Source: an uncultured Candidatus Saccharibacteria bacterium (GTDB lineage: Bacteria; Patescibacteriota; Minisyncoccia; Minisyncoccales; Staskawiczbacteraceae). Taken from it: a stretch of DNA of 40,708 nt. The stretch spans positions 9,263-49,970 of the forward strand of contig CAYIDV010000001.1 of NCBI GenBank assembly GCA_964362315.1. Direction: 5' to 3'. Positions 24,885-32,783 of this stretch are shown here, in pieces; position 1 is the stretch's first letter; every line of letters starts with the position of its first letter. The position numbers and the translations under genes were made by a program. The notes under the pieces are model-generated. The model worked only from the letters and a program-made list of their open reading frames with translations. It had not been told where the DNA came from and searched no databases.

Positions 24885-26423
24885 CTATTCTACAATAATA
24901 TTAGTGCTGGAGGTAGGTATAATGTCAATTCTGTATAAATCGTAGTTCTCGGGTAAAAAGTCTAATTGACCGATATTTTTTATATCGCTTGCTCCCCCTC
25001 TAAATAATTTGCAGGTTCTGCGTTTTTGCCCCAGCTCATCTCCAATTTTATCTTCGCCGTGAAGAACTATATAGTAACTTCCCAGAGGCGATACTTCCCT
25101 TAAACAAGGGGCTTCAGGGTCTGCTAATTGACACTCTTCTAAATCTTCTATATCTTCATGAGTTTTGTTTGTGTATATCCAGCCATAACCCTCATAAGGA
25201 TCCTCAGGAAAAGAAAAATATCTTCGCCAAATAAAGTCATCGGGATGTACGTCGTAAAAACATCCCTGACATATTGAAAGGCCGGCTTGTATTTCATCTT
25301 TGTCTATAAATACCGCTAAATTTGTGCTATAGAGCAAAACTCCGTCTCCAGAAGTTTCCAAAAACGGGTTGGGTTTTATGATATATGCCCATTTAGGGTT
25401 AAAGGGGCCCGTGGCGGGCGACCGGTTATCAGGAAGAGTGCAACAAATGGTTGATGGTGATTTTTTTCCATCATCTTCCTCTTTTCTGGTACAACCTGAC
25501 CGCTCTGTTGTTTCATCCAAATTCATAAATGGCCCTATGCACTCTGAAGTAAAACCAGCAGCTTTAGCCATATAAATTCCAAATTTTTCGTTCTGGGCAG
25601 AGCCGCTGACTATTTGTATAGAACGCACTACTTGGTCAGGGTCTCTTAAATCGTCAAATGAAGGTATAAGCCCGTCTGATTTTTTAACGCAAGTGGTGCG
25701 GTTGGGCTCGCAAGTACTGATGCCAGTGCAGTCATTGGTGTTGTAAAAATAAACACCGGTGTCTTTTTTAATCCATTGTACTGACTTTCCCAAAATTATT
25801 GTTTCAACATTGCATTTTATTTCTTTGGTAAAATTTGTACCTACTGGTCCTCTTCTAAAATTAATTTGGCCAAACTGTCTTAATAAAATAGTTGGGCCAG
25901 GCGATTGGCAATTATAGACGAATGTGGGATTTAATAAATTTAAGGGGCTGGTATCAGCAATACCAGTTCCAGGCAGTGATTTATAGCTTCTACCCTCAAG
26001 ATTAGTCTCAGTTTTGGGTGTGTCTGTAACAATATAAGTTCCGTAAGAAAGAGTTGTTTTGGGGCTAGATATCTCTATCAGCTGCGGGTTTATTGTATTC
26101 AATAGTACTACAGATGTCACTAAAAGAACTATTCCCATAACAGCGTCAAAAATTCTTTTTCTGGCAGCGCTTACTGCCTCCGGTCTGCCAAAGTTTAATA
26201 ATATCTGAAATCCCCCAATGACTATTGATAAAATACCCATGCCTCCAGCCGATAATAATAAGAAGTAAAAAATATATAAAATGAATTTAGGCAAAGCAGT
26301 TGCCCCTGTCGGCTCCAATCCAAACAAGGGAGGGTATTTTAATTCCAAAGCTAAAACAGACGGGGCTAAAACCAATAGCAAGATAGACGTCAAAACAAAT
26401 AGATAATTTTTATATTTTTTCAT
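24885..26423 (-). CDS. T4SS pilin-like N-terminal module fused to a large Cys-rich extracellular domain
   Basis: The product is 512 aa. It has a signal/TM helix, then two hydrophobic helices separated by NFGRPEAVSAARKRI, an arrangement like the VirB2/TrbC-type pilins of Gram-positive and CPR T4SS-like loci. About 390 aa follow, with about 18 Cys. Confidence 0.5.
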   Translation of the reverse strand: MKKYKNYLFVLTSILLLVLAPSVLALELKYPPLFGLEPTGATALPKFILYIFYFLLLSAGGMGILSIVIGGFQILLNFGRPEAVSAARKRIFDAVMGIVLLVTSVVLLNTINPQLIEISSPKTTLSYGTYIVTDTPKTETNLEGRSYKSLPGTGIADTSPLNLLNPTFVYNCQSPGPTILLRQFGQINFRRGPVGTNFTKEIKCNVETIILGKSVQWIKKDTGVYFYNTNDCTGISTCEPNRTTCVKKSDGLIPSFDDLRDPDQVVRSIQIVSGSAQNEKFGIYMAKAAGFTSECIGPFMNLDETTERSGCTRKEEDDGKKSPSTICCTLPDNRSPATGPFNPKWAYIIKPNPFLETSGDGVLLYSTNLAVFIDKDEIQAGLSICQGCFYDVHPDDFIWRRYFSFPEDPYEGYGWIYTNKTHEDIEDLEECQLADPEAPCLREVSPLGSYYIVLHGEDKIGDELGQKRRTCKLFRGGASDIKNIGQLDFLPENYDLYRIDIIPTSSTNIIVE

Positions 26424-26473
26424 ATAAGATAACTATTATTTTATTATATCAAATTATATATTTAAAAAAACTA

Positions 26474-28270
26474 TTACCCCGTTGCCAATTTCTTTCTGGC
26501 TTCTTTGATTTTTTCCACTTCCTCGGGATTAGTGGTTATAATTTGGTCTTCTGTATAGCTGGCTTTTACGCTGATAAAAACGTGTTTTCTTCCGGCAAAA
26601 AAAAGTCCTTCACCCACTGCCGATTCTAACAACAGCATTTTTTCTTGTTCAGTCAAATCAAATGTTTTCTGCAACAGCTCAATGGCTGCGGGCGACTGTT
26701 TTAGCAAAAGCTGCAGAGAGGAGTTTGTAATAATGGCTTTTCCATAAGACGACTTCATAAAATCTTCTACATCTTGGGTAATAGTGGTTACCCCCAGCCA
26801 GTATTTTCTGGCCCTTTTTACCACACCAAACAAAAATGAGGCGCCGTCTTCTGAATTAATCAACCACCAAGCCTCGTCAATCACCAAAATTCTCCTTTTG
26901 GCTTCCGTCCTGATGATGTTCCAGACATAACGCATTATCATAAACAAAGCCACTGGTTTTAAAGATTCCTGCATGTCTTTTAAACCAAAGACGATAAAGT
27001 TTTTATCAATTTCAATATTGGATTTTTGGTTGAAAAACCCAGCAAATGTCCCCTGGGTGAATTTTTTAAGCCGTCTGGTCATAGATTCTGCTCCTGACAT
27101 GTTTTCTAAAATCTCAGCCAAGTCAGACATAACAGGTATCTTTTCCTGCCAAGTATTTGGGTTAGATTGCGGGGTAATGTCTCTGAGGGAGTAAGTTTCG
27201 CTGATGGCCTGGTCTAAAATACTGTCTTCTTCAATGGTTAGCCCTCCTAACATTATTCTTAAAAATCCCACTAAATTTATTACGTTTGACCTTAAAATGT
27301 CTTCTGGGTTGTCATCGGGCCCTGGAGTAGGCAAGTCAAATGGATTGACGTGGCTTTTTGAGGTTAAAGATATCCTAAAAAAATTACCACCGACGCCGTC
27401 GGCCAAAAATTCGTATTCGTTTTCCGGGTCAATAACAATAATATCAATTCCCGTCATCAAATACCTTAAAATTTCCAGTTTGACCGCGTACGATTTGCCC
27501 GCTCCCGATTTGGCAAACACCACCATGTTAGAATTTTCCAGAGAGAACCGGTCAAATAGCACCAGAGAACTGTTATGGCCGTTAATGCCATATAAAATTC
27601 CTTCATTAGAGCTTAAATCAAAAGAAATAAAAGGAAAAGTGGTTGAAAGTGGCTCTGTGTTAATGGGGATATTGGTTGAAAGCAGGTCTAAGCCGTAAGG
27701 GCTGGTTGAAATAAAACCTTCTTTTTGCCTGAAGAGAGCTGGTTTTATGTATATTAAACGGGATTCAAAAATAGACCTTAAAGTTGTCTCTGTTTCTTTT
27801 ATTTTTTCTTCTGTATTCTCATATACGGTAAGATACAACCCAAATCTGAACATTTTTTCTTGGGATGTTACTATTTTATCCCTCAAATTCTCAATATCTT
27901 GATAGCCGGCTTCCAAAACAGGGTCGCGGATAAGCCCCTTTTCCTGCCTTTCTAATAATTCCGAAGATACTTGGGTAATTTTTTTTCTCAATTTTTTTAA
28001 AATCAACTCGTTGCTTACCGGGTAGATAAAAAAAGATATGTCCATTGGCGAATTTAAGTTAATGACCGGAGAAAGCCATCCTGTATCCAAATACCTGGGA
28101 TAGGAAAAAATAAAAAATGATTTGGCAATTCTTTCCTCAAGCTTTATATAATTTTGAGTTATCCCCAAGTAGGGCGGGGCAATAACATCCTTTATGTTAA
28201 AACTTGCCTCATCAACTATTTTATCCTCTGTTTCAACCTCTTTTTTCTTTTTGAAAAAGGGAAAATCCAT
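26474..28270 (-). CDS. virB4: VirB4/TrbE-family type IV secretion ATPase
   Basis: The 598-aa product has the N-terminal motif FIFSYPRYLDTGWLSPV, the Walker A FAKSGAGKSY and the Walker B RILVIDEAWW. Confidence 0.85.
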   Translation of the reverse strand: MDFPFFKKKKEVETEDKIVDEASFNIKDVIAPPYLGITQNYIKLEERIAKSFFIFSYPRYLDTGWLSPVINLNSPMDISFFIYPVSNELILKKLRKKITQVSSELLERQEKGLIRDPVLEAGYQDIENLRDKIVTSQEKMFRFGLYLTVYENTEEKIKETETTLRSIFESRLIYIKPALFRQKEGFISTSPYGLDLLSTNIPINTEPLSTTFPFISFDLSSNEGILYGINGHNSSLVLFDRFSLENSNMVVFAKSGAGKSYAVKLEILRYLMTGIDIIVIDPENEYEFLADGVGGNFFRISLTSKSHVNPFDLPTPGPDDNPEDILRSNVINLVGFLRIMLGGLTIEEDSILDQAISETYSLRDITPQSNPNTWQEKIPVMSDLAEILENMSGAESMTRRLKKFTQGTFAGFFNQKSNIEIDKNFIVFGLKDMQESLKPVALFMIMRYVWNIIRTEAKRRILVIDEAWWLINSEDGASFLFGVVKRARKYWLGVTTITQDVEDFMKSSYGKAIITNSSLQLLLKQSPAAIELLQKTFDLTEQEKMLLLESAVGEGLFFAGRKHVFISVKASYTEDQIITTNPEEVEKIKEARKKLATG

Positions 28271-28278
28271 GACTATAG

Positions 28279-28732
28279 ATTAAAAATTAAAAATTAAATA
28301 TTAAAAATACAAAGTAAAAATTAAAAATCACCTCTTGCCTTTTAAAGTAATAATACTTGAAGCGAAGATATTTGATATTTCATTTAACTCTTTTAAAAAC
28401 CATTCTACATCTTCTGGCTTCACTCTTTTAGTATCTCGCAATAAAGCCAACCACAACTTGCTTTCATTAGCTGATTTTAATGAAATAGAGAAAAAGTTTG
28501 TAAAATCTTTTTTACTACTGGCAGCTTGTCCCTCTATGTAGTTACTAAGAATACTTGTTCCGCTTCTTAAAAGTTGGTCGCTAATCCTTTTAGATACATT
28601 ATCGTTGTGTAGCCTATCTATAAATTGAATGAGCTTTATAACGAAATTATACAATCTTCTCTTAAAATCACTCTTATCTTTTTTCATTTTAATCTGTATT
28701 TTTGATTTTTGATATTTTATTTTTTTAAATTT
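28279..28732. mobile_element. Cassette 1: four-helix-bundle gene plus inverted A/T heptamer arrays
   Basis: The left flank carries TAAAAAT-type heptamers (28281-28329). The right flank carries their complement, (A/G)ATTTTT-type units (28694-28732). The inner inverted repeat 28300-28318 versus 28688-28706 matches 16 of 19. Confidence 0.4.
28328..28687 (-). CDS. Four-helix-bundle protein (23S rRNA intervening-sequence protein / Avd-like family)
   Basis: The 119-aa product carries the motifs QLLRSGTSILSNYIEGQAASSKKDF and ESKLWLALL. Confidence 0.85.
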   Translation of the reverse strand: MKKDKSDFKRRLYNFVIKLIQFIDRLHNDNVSKRISDQLLRSGTSILSNYIEGQAASSKKDFTNFFSISLKSANESKLWLALLRDTKRVKPEDVEWFLKELNEISNIFASSIITLKGKR

Positions 28733-29395
28733 TTATCTAAGTAGTTCCGGTGCTATTTGGGGAGAATACCCAACTTCTGCTTCTGACGGATGATGTATTG
28801 ACCAAAGCAATTCAATCAACTCAGGAGTTGTTAGGGGGAAAACATCAAGGCCGCATCTTTTTAATCCCATTGCCAAAAACTCCATTCTTTGCCAGAGCTG
28901 GCCCTTGAATTTTTCAAAATCCTCATCTTTCATCTGCTGGTCTCGACCTCTCCCTTTACCGAATAACTTTGCAAAAGTAGATTGGCTTACCGCAGTTTTT
29001 ACTCCTAACCCCTGTATGAGTGTGTAGGGCACGATCAGGTAAAAACTTTTGGTCATAATTTGCTCTCCCTTTACTAATTCTTTTATAAATTCAGCGTAAG
29101 AAGATATTTGTGTTTTCAGAAGTTCATTGGTTTGTCTTTCTTCTAAAGCCCTGATACTTTCTAAGTAAGGAGTGATATTGATATGTCTTGACTGAATGAT
29201 GATTTGACAAAAAAAATCCAAAGAGTTTAAAAAACTTTGAAAGCTGTAAATGATAGCTGACTGGGTCTCTAAAGACTGCAAAGCAAAATTTACAGAAGAA
29301 ACCTGCAAAATTCCTCGTATATCGTTGTTTTCTAAAATTAAGACTCCGTCTTTAATGTCTTTTATTTTTAAAAATTCCTGGGTAGTTGGCTCCAT
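28733..29395 (-). CDS. Hypothetical protein of the T4SS-like operon
   Basis: The 220-aa product has an N-terminus (FLKIKDIKDGVLILENNDIRGILQVSSVNFAL) reminiscent of the N-terminal region of Gram-positive VirB4-like proteins. It has no P-loop. Confidence 0.5.
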   Translation of the reverse strand: MEPTTQEFLKIKDIKDGVLILENNDIRGILQVSSVNFALQSLETQSAIIYSFQSFLNSLDFFCQIIIQSRHINITPYLESIRALEERQTNELLKTQISSYAEFIKELVKGEQIMTKSFYLIVPYTLIQGLGVKTAVSQSTFAKLFGKGRGRDQQMKDEDFEKFKGQLWQRMEFLAMGLKRCGLDVFPLTTPELIELLWSIHHPSEAEVGYSPQIAPELLR

Positions 29396-29401
29396 TTCTA
29401 A

Positions 29402-29852
29402 AATTTTAAATTCTAAATTTTAAATCAAATTTTAATTATTAAATTTTAAAACTCTATTTTATTTTGTATTTAAAGCTATTTTTGAAAATATCAAAGTCAA
29501 TTCTTGAGCTTCTTTCCATAATTTTCTACACTCGGGAGCAAAACTTTCAATTGTTTTTGCTAAAATTCTTAACCAATACTTAGTTTCTCTACACTCTTTT
29601 TTACATATAAATATTTTATTCTTGAAATCTTTCTTAGAACTTGCCCCATTTGCTTCCATATAATTAGCTCCTATGCTTGTTCCTGATTTTACTAGTTGAC
29701 CGATAATCGGTTTTGTTATCGTATCTTGTGGTAATTTTTTACAAAAGCTAATAATATTTTCTGAAAACTTAGCAGTTCTTTCTTCCAGGTCGTATTCCAT
29801 GTTTTTTAAAATTTTGGTTTCAATTAAAATTTAAAATTTAGAATTTAAAATT
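29402..29852. mobile_element. Cassette 2: four-helix-bundle gene bounded by perfect 24-nt inverted repeats
   Basis: AATTTTAAATTCTAAATTTTAAAT (29402-29425) is the exact reverse complement of 29829-29852, checked base by base. The cassette fills the intergenic gap to within 1-6 nt of the neighbouring stop and start codons. Confidence 0.6.
29459..29800 (-). CDS. Four-helix-bundle protein (23S rRNA IVS protein / Avd-like family)
   Basis: The 113-aa product carries the motifs QLVKSGTSIGANYMEANGASSKKDF and ETKYWLRIL. Confidence 0.85.
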   Translation of the reverse strand: MEYDLEERTAKFSENIISFCKKLPQDTITKPIIGQLVKSGTSIGANYMEANGASSKKDFKNKIFICKKECRETKYWLRILAKTIESFAPECRKLWKEAQELTLIFSKIALNTK

Positions 29853-29853
29853 A

Positions 29854-30141
29854 TCATTTATTTTCTTTCTTCCACACATAGTTTTTTGGTCCAGTCATAA
29901 ATCCAAAGTAATTAAAAACTGCCTTAATCACAGATTGGTTGTTAATTCTAATAAAAGCTATTGCTACAACTAAAATAGCAACAACCAATGAAAAAATCAC
30001 AAAAAGATAAACAGGCAGGGTTAAAAACATTATAAAACAAACAACTCCTCCTCCAACGAGCAGAAAAAACTGCCTGAAAGTCAGAAAAAAAACAATTTTT
30101 GATTCTTCTTCAATAAATTGAGGAATGGGGTACTGAGCCAT
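29854..30141 (-). CDS. PrgI/VirB3-like small membrane protein
   Basis: The 95-aa product has the N-terminus YPIPQFIEEESKIVFFLTFRQFFLL followed by two TM helices. This matches the PrgI-family pattern. Confidence 0.6.
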   Translation of the reverse strand: MAQYPIPQFIEEESKIVFFLTFRQFFLLVGGGVVCFIMFLTLPVYLFVIFSLVVAILVVAIAFIRINNQSVIKAVFNYFGFMTGPKNYVWKKENK

Positions 30142-30641
30142 TTGGGTGTTAGGTGTTAGATGTTAGGTTCTAGTCTTTCAAAGACTTTCCTAAATTAGTT
30201 AACATCTTTCCACAAACATCGTATTCTTTTAAAAAATAATTTAACTTTTCTTCATTTATACATCGTTTTTGAAATGATATTTTTAAATGATGAATTGTTT
30301 CCCTGATTTCTCCCTGTGCCCTGCTGATTCCTTCCAAATAGATATTTGTATGTTTATTATTAAATCCTTCCGCTAAATTTGCCGGTGCCGAATTTGAAGA
30401 TCTTCTTAGTTGCGAACCTATTTCAAATAATTCAAACCTTGGAAGAGACAAAGTTAAATTATGTATTTCAATGGCTAAATCAAATAGTTTTTTATAAACA
30501 TCTAAATCATCTACCGAATTAAATTTCATATTACCTAATATCTATTCTATGATTATACTACATCATAAGAAATATTAAAAACGTACTTGTGGATTAGATA
30601 AATTTATTCTAATATCCAATACCCAAAACCCAACACCCAAA
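30142..30641. mobile_element. Cassette 3: four-helix-bundle gene bounded by imperfect G/T-rich heptamer inverted repeats
   Basis: TTTGGGTGTTAGGTGTTAGATGTTAGG (30141-30167) compared with the reverse complement of 30615-30641 (TTTGGGTGTTGGGTTTTGGGTATTGGA) matches 20 of 27, and the first 10 nt are identical. Confidence 0.5.
30170..30529 (-). CDS. Four-helix-bundle protein (23S rRNA IVS protein / Avd-like family), divergent member
   Basis: The 119-aa product carries SQLRRSSNSAPANLAEGF and a C-terminal helix pair. Confidence 0.75.
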   Translation of the reverse strand: MKFNSVDDLDVYKKLFDLAIEIHNLTLSLPRFELFEIGSQLRRSSNSAPANLAEGFNNKHTNIYLEGISRAQGEIRETIHHLKISFQKRCINEEKLNYFLKEYDVCGKMLTNLGKSLKD

Positions 30642-30643
30642 GA

Positions 30644-30672
30644 TTGACAAACATATTGGTCTGTGATAAAAG
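30644..30672 (+). promoter_or_regulatory. Candidate promoter of the SPFH-like gene
   Basis: TTGACA (30644-30649), a 17-nt spacer, then TAAAAG preceded by TG (extended -10 type). It starts 2 nt after the cassette 3 inverted repeat. Confidence 0.4.
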
Positions 30673-30782
30673 AATGTATGGTTTAACCTGAGCGTTTCAG
30701 GTTAACTAAATCGCCCTTTGACAACTTGTCCCGTTAAGCTTCGCGTGTGCGGAGCATACCGGACTTTTCTGGAGGGATGAAT

Positions 30783-32090
30783 ATGGATAAGCATAAGCTA
30801 CTAGCACGGCTGTTGCGAGGTTTTGTCGTCACATTGGTGATAGCTCCCATTTTTGGGGCAGGTATTGCTATCTTTACCTTTGATTGGAGGTCTTTCAACT
30901 GGATTGACTGGCTTGTGTTTTCGCTTACGGTCATTTGGTACATCGGTTCGTGGTCCAACACCGTAAACCCCGACTTTATCGCCTTTCGTCAGTGGTTTGG
31001 CTATGTTGAAAGAAGAACCTTAAGGCCAGGTCCCCACTTTGTACCATGGTTTCCGGGCATAAGGTTGCGCCGTATGTATGTGGGGATGCATCAGTTCACT
31101 TACCAGGCGGACCCGAACTCAAACAAACCGAGCTATGAAAGGTCGGGGGACCAAATAGCCGTCCGCTCATTTGACCGGCAAAAAATGCACACTGATTCCA
31201 CCTTTTTCTTTAGGGTGCCATTAGAGGATGAAGACCAACTTATCCACATCATCGAATCTGGCGTACCAATCGATGATGTGGTCGAGTTAAAGCGTTGGGT
31301 AGAAAACGGATTTTCTACTCATATGCTTTCTGTATTTGGCAAGCACCCCTTTGATAAGGTGATTGGTGGCAAGATGAACGAAGAGCTAAGCAAGGATGTT
31401 AACGAATTGTTGCAAAAGCCCGACAGCCTGTTTGTCAGGTGTGGACTTTTCGACAAGAGCGCTACTACGTTCAATCTGGAAGGAACTGGCGAGGCGTACC
31501 TTAGGATTGAGTACGTCCATGTGTCCGAAGACCTCGGCAAGCGCCTTGAGGAGGTTGAAACATCCCGTATTGGAGAAGAGGCCAACATGGCAGCTGCTGA
31601 AGTTCGGGTGAAAACATCCAAACTAGATGCAGATGCCGCTTTAAACGTTGCTATGGGTAATGCTCACTTGGTTGGCGGCGTGGTTGAAATAGCGCTTGAC
31701 CAGTGGGTTGCGGGCGAAGCCAAGAGGATGGGTAAAACTGTTGCCGAAGCAGCAGCACTTCTTAAGAAAAGTGGTGCTTATGAATGGAAGGAAACGGCAC
31801 TTCACAAACTGCAAAGCCAAGCTTTGGCTGGTGGAGGCACTTTCACCCGCACCGAGCAGGACCTTAACATCCACTCTGGCGGAGAGCCTTTGGGAGACTC
31901 CAACATAGCCGGTTTTATCGGCGCCGCTGGTGGTGCTGCAATGGCAATAGCTGCTGCCATGAAAGGCAGTAGAGCTGATCCATCGGGTGGTGGTTCTGGC
32001 CAAGGCCAAAATCCCAGTGGAACTAGGAACAAGAACAAGAAGAAAAAGAACGAAAGCGATGAAGACTTCAAAAAGCGTTACGGAGGGTGA
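30783..32090 (+). CDS. SPFH/band-7 (prohibitin-like) domain membrane protein with a Gly/Ala-rich, Lys-rich tail
   Basis: GGAGGG lies 6-7 nt before the ATG at 30783; the ORF-track GTG is at 30747. Two TM helices are followed by FGYVERRTLRPGPHFVPWFPG, which is typical of SPFH entry strands. GC is about 48-57% in sampled lines. Confidence 0.55.
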   Translation: MDKHKLLARLLRGFVVTLVIAPIFGAGIAIFTFDWRSFNWIDWLVFSLTVIWYIGSWSNTVNPDFIAFRQWFGYVERRTLRPGPHFVPWFPGIRLRRMYVGMHQFTYQADPNSNKPSYERSGDQIAVRSFDRQKMHTDSTFFFRVPLEDEDQLIHIIESGVPIDDVVELKRWVENGFSTHMLSVFGKHPFDKVIGGKMNEELSKDVNELLQKPDSLFVRCGLFDKSATTFNLEGTGEAYLRIEYVHVSEDLGKRLEEVETSRIGEEANMAAAEVRVKTSKLDADAALNVAMGNAHLVGGVVEIALDQWVAGEAKRMGKTVAEAAALLKKSGAYEWKETALHKLQSQALAGGGTFTRTEQDLNIHSGGEPLGDSNIAGFIGAAGGAAMAIAAAMKGSRADPSGGGSGQGQNPSGTRNKNKKKKNESDEDFKKRYGG

Positions 32091-32103
32091 TAGTAAAAAA
32101 CAA

Positions 32104-32146
32104 AGGGTTGAACACATAAACACATGTTTAACCCTCTTTTTTTACA
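32104..32146 (+). terminator. Rho-independent terminator of the SPFH-like gene
   Basis: AGGGTTGAACA...TGTTTAACCCT forms a stem followed by CTTTTTTT. Confidence 0.6.
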
Positions 32147-32150
32147 AAAA

Positions 32151-32771
32151 TTATTCTATTGGCTCACGATAAACGTCTGGTTTGTTTTTCTGTGTTTGTG
32201 GAGACTTAACTTCTTCTTTTTTAGTAAATTTATTTTTTTCTTTTGAAATAACATTCATTCCCTCTTTTTCCATCTCTTCTGCATTTTTCTCTACATCGGT
32301 AATTTCTATTTTTTTAAGGTAAGAAGCAGGTAGTTTTTCTTCTGATTTTTGGAACGGCATGTCGTTCCTTATCTTTTCTAACAATGCTTCTTGTATGTCT
32401 TCCTTTTGTTTTTTTGTCTTTTCTTCTTTTTCTCTTAATTCTTCCTCTTTTTTAACATCAATTATTTTAGCGTAGGGGATAAGTTTTTCTTTTATATCAG
32501 TTACCACCTTTCTAGCAATTTCCATAGAGATCCCCAAGTGTTTTTGTAGAAATTCAACCAGTTTTTCCTCGGAAATTTTTTTTTGTACAAGAATTATTGC
32601 AGCATCCCGTATTATTACTAGTTTTGAATCCTCATTATTTATAATTTTATCAAAACGTTCATCAAGAGTTTCTTTTAAATCATTATCTTTTAAAATCTCA
32701 TTAATAACATCTGCCGTATCTGCATCTGTGGGTAAATCAAAAATTATTCTTTTATTGTTATTGTTTACCAT
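32151..32771 (-). CDS. Hypothetical Glu/Lys-rich protein of the T4SS-like operon
   Basis: The 206-aa ORF starts 12 nt downstream of the stop codon of the 903-aa gene. I recognise no family. Confidence 0.5.
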   Translation of the reverse strand: MVNNNNKRIIFDLPTDADTADVINEILKDNDLKETLDERFDKIINNEDSKLVIIRDAAIILVQKKISEEKLVEFLQKHLGISMEIARKVVTDIKEKLIPYAKIIDVKKEEELREKEEKTKKQKEDIQEALLEKIRNDMPFQKSEEKLPASYLKKIEITDVEKNAEEMEKEGMNVISKEKNKFTKKEEVKSPQTQKNKPDVYREPIE

Positions 32772-32783
32772 GTTTTTTAACTA

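Noticed and set aside
28279-30641. A diversity-generating retroelement, because the 4HB proteins are Avd-like
   Set aside because: The window has no reverse transcriptase ORF and no template/variable repeat pair. The three genes are separated and individually flanked by inverted repeats instead.
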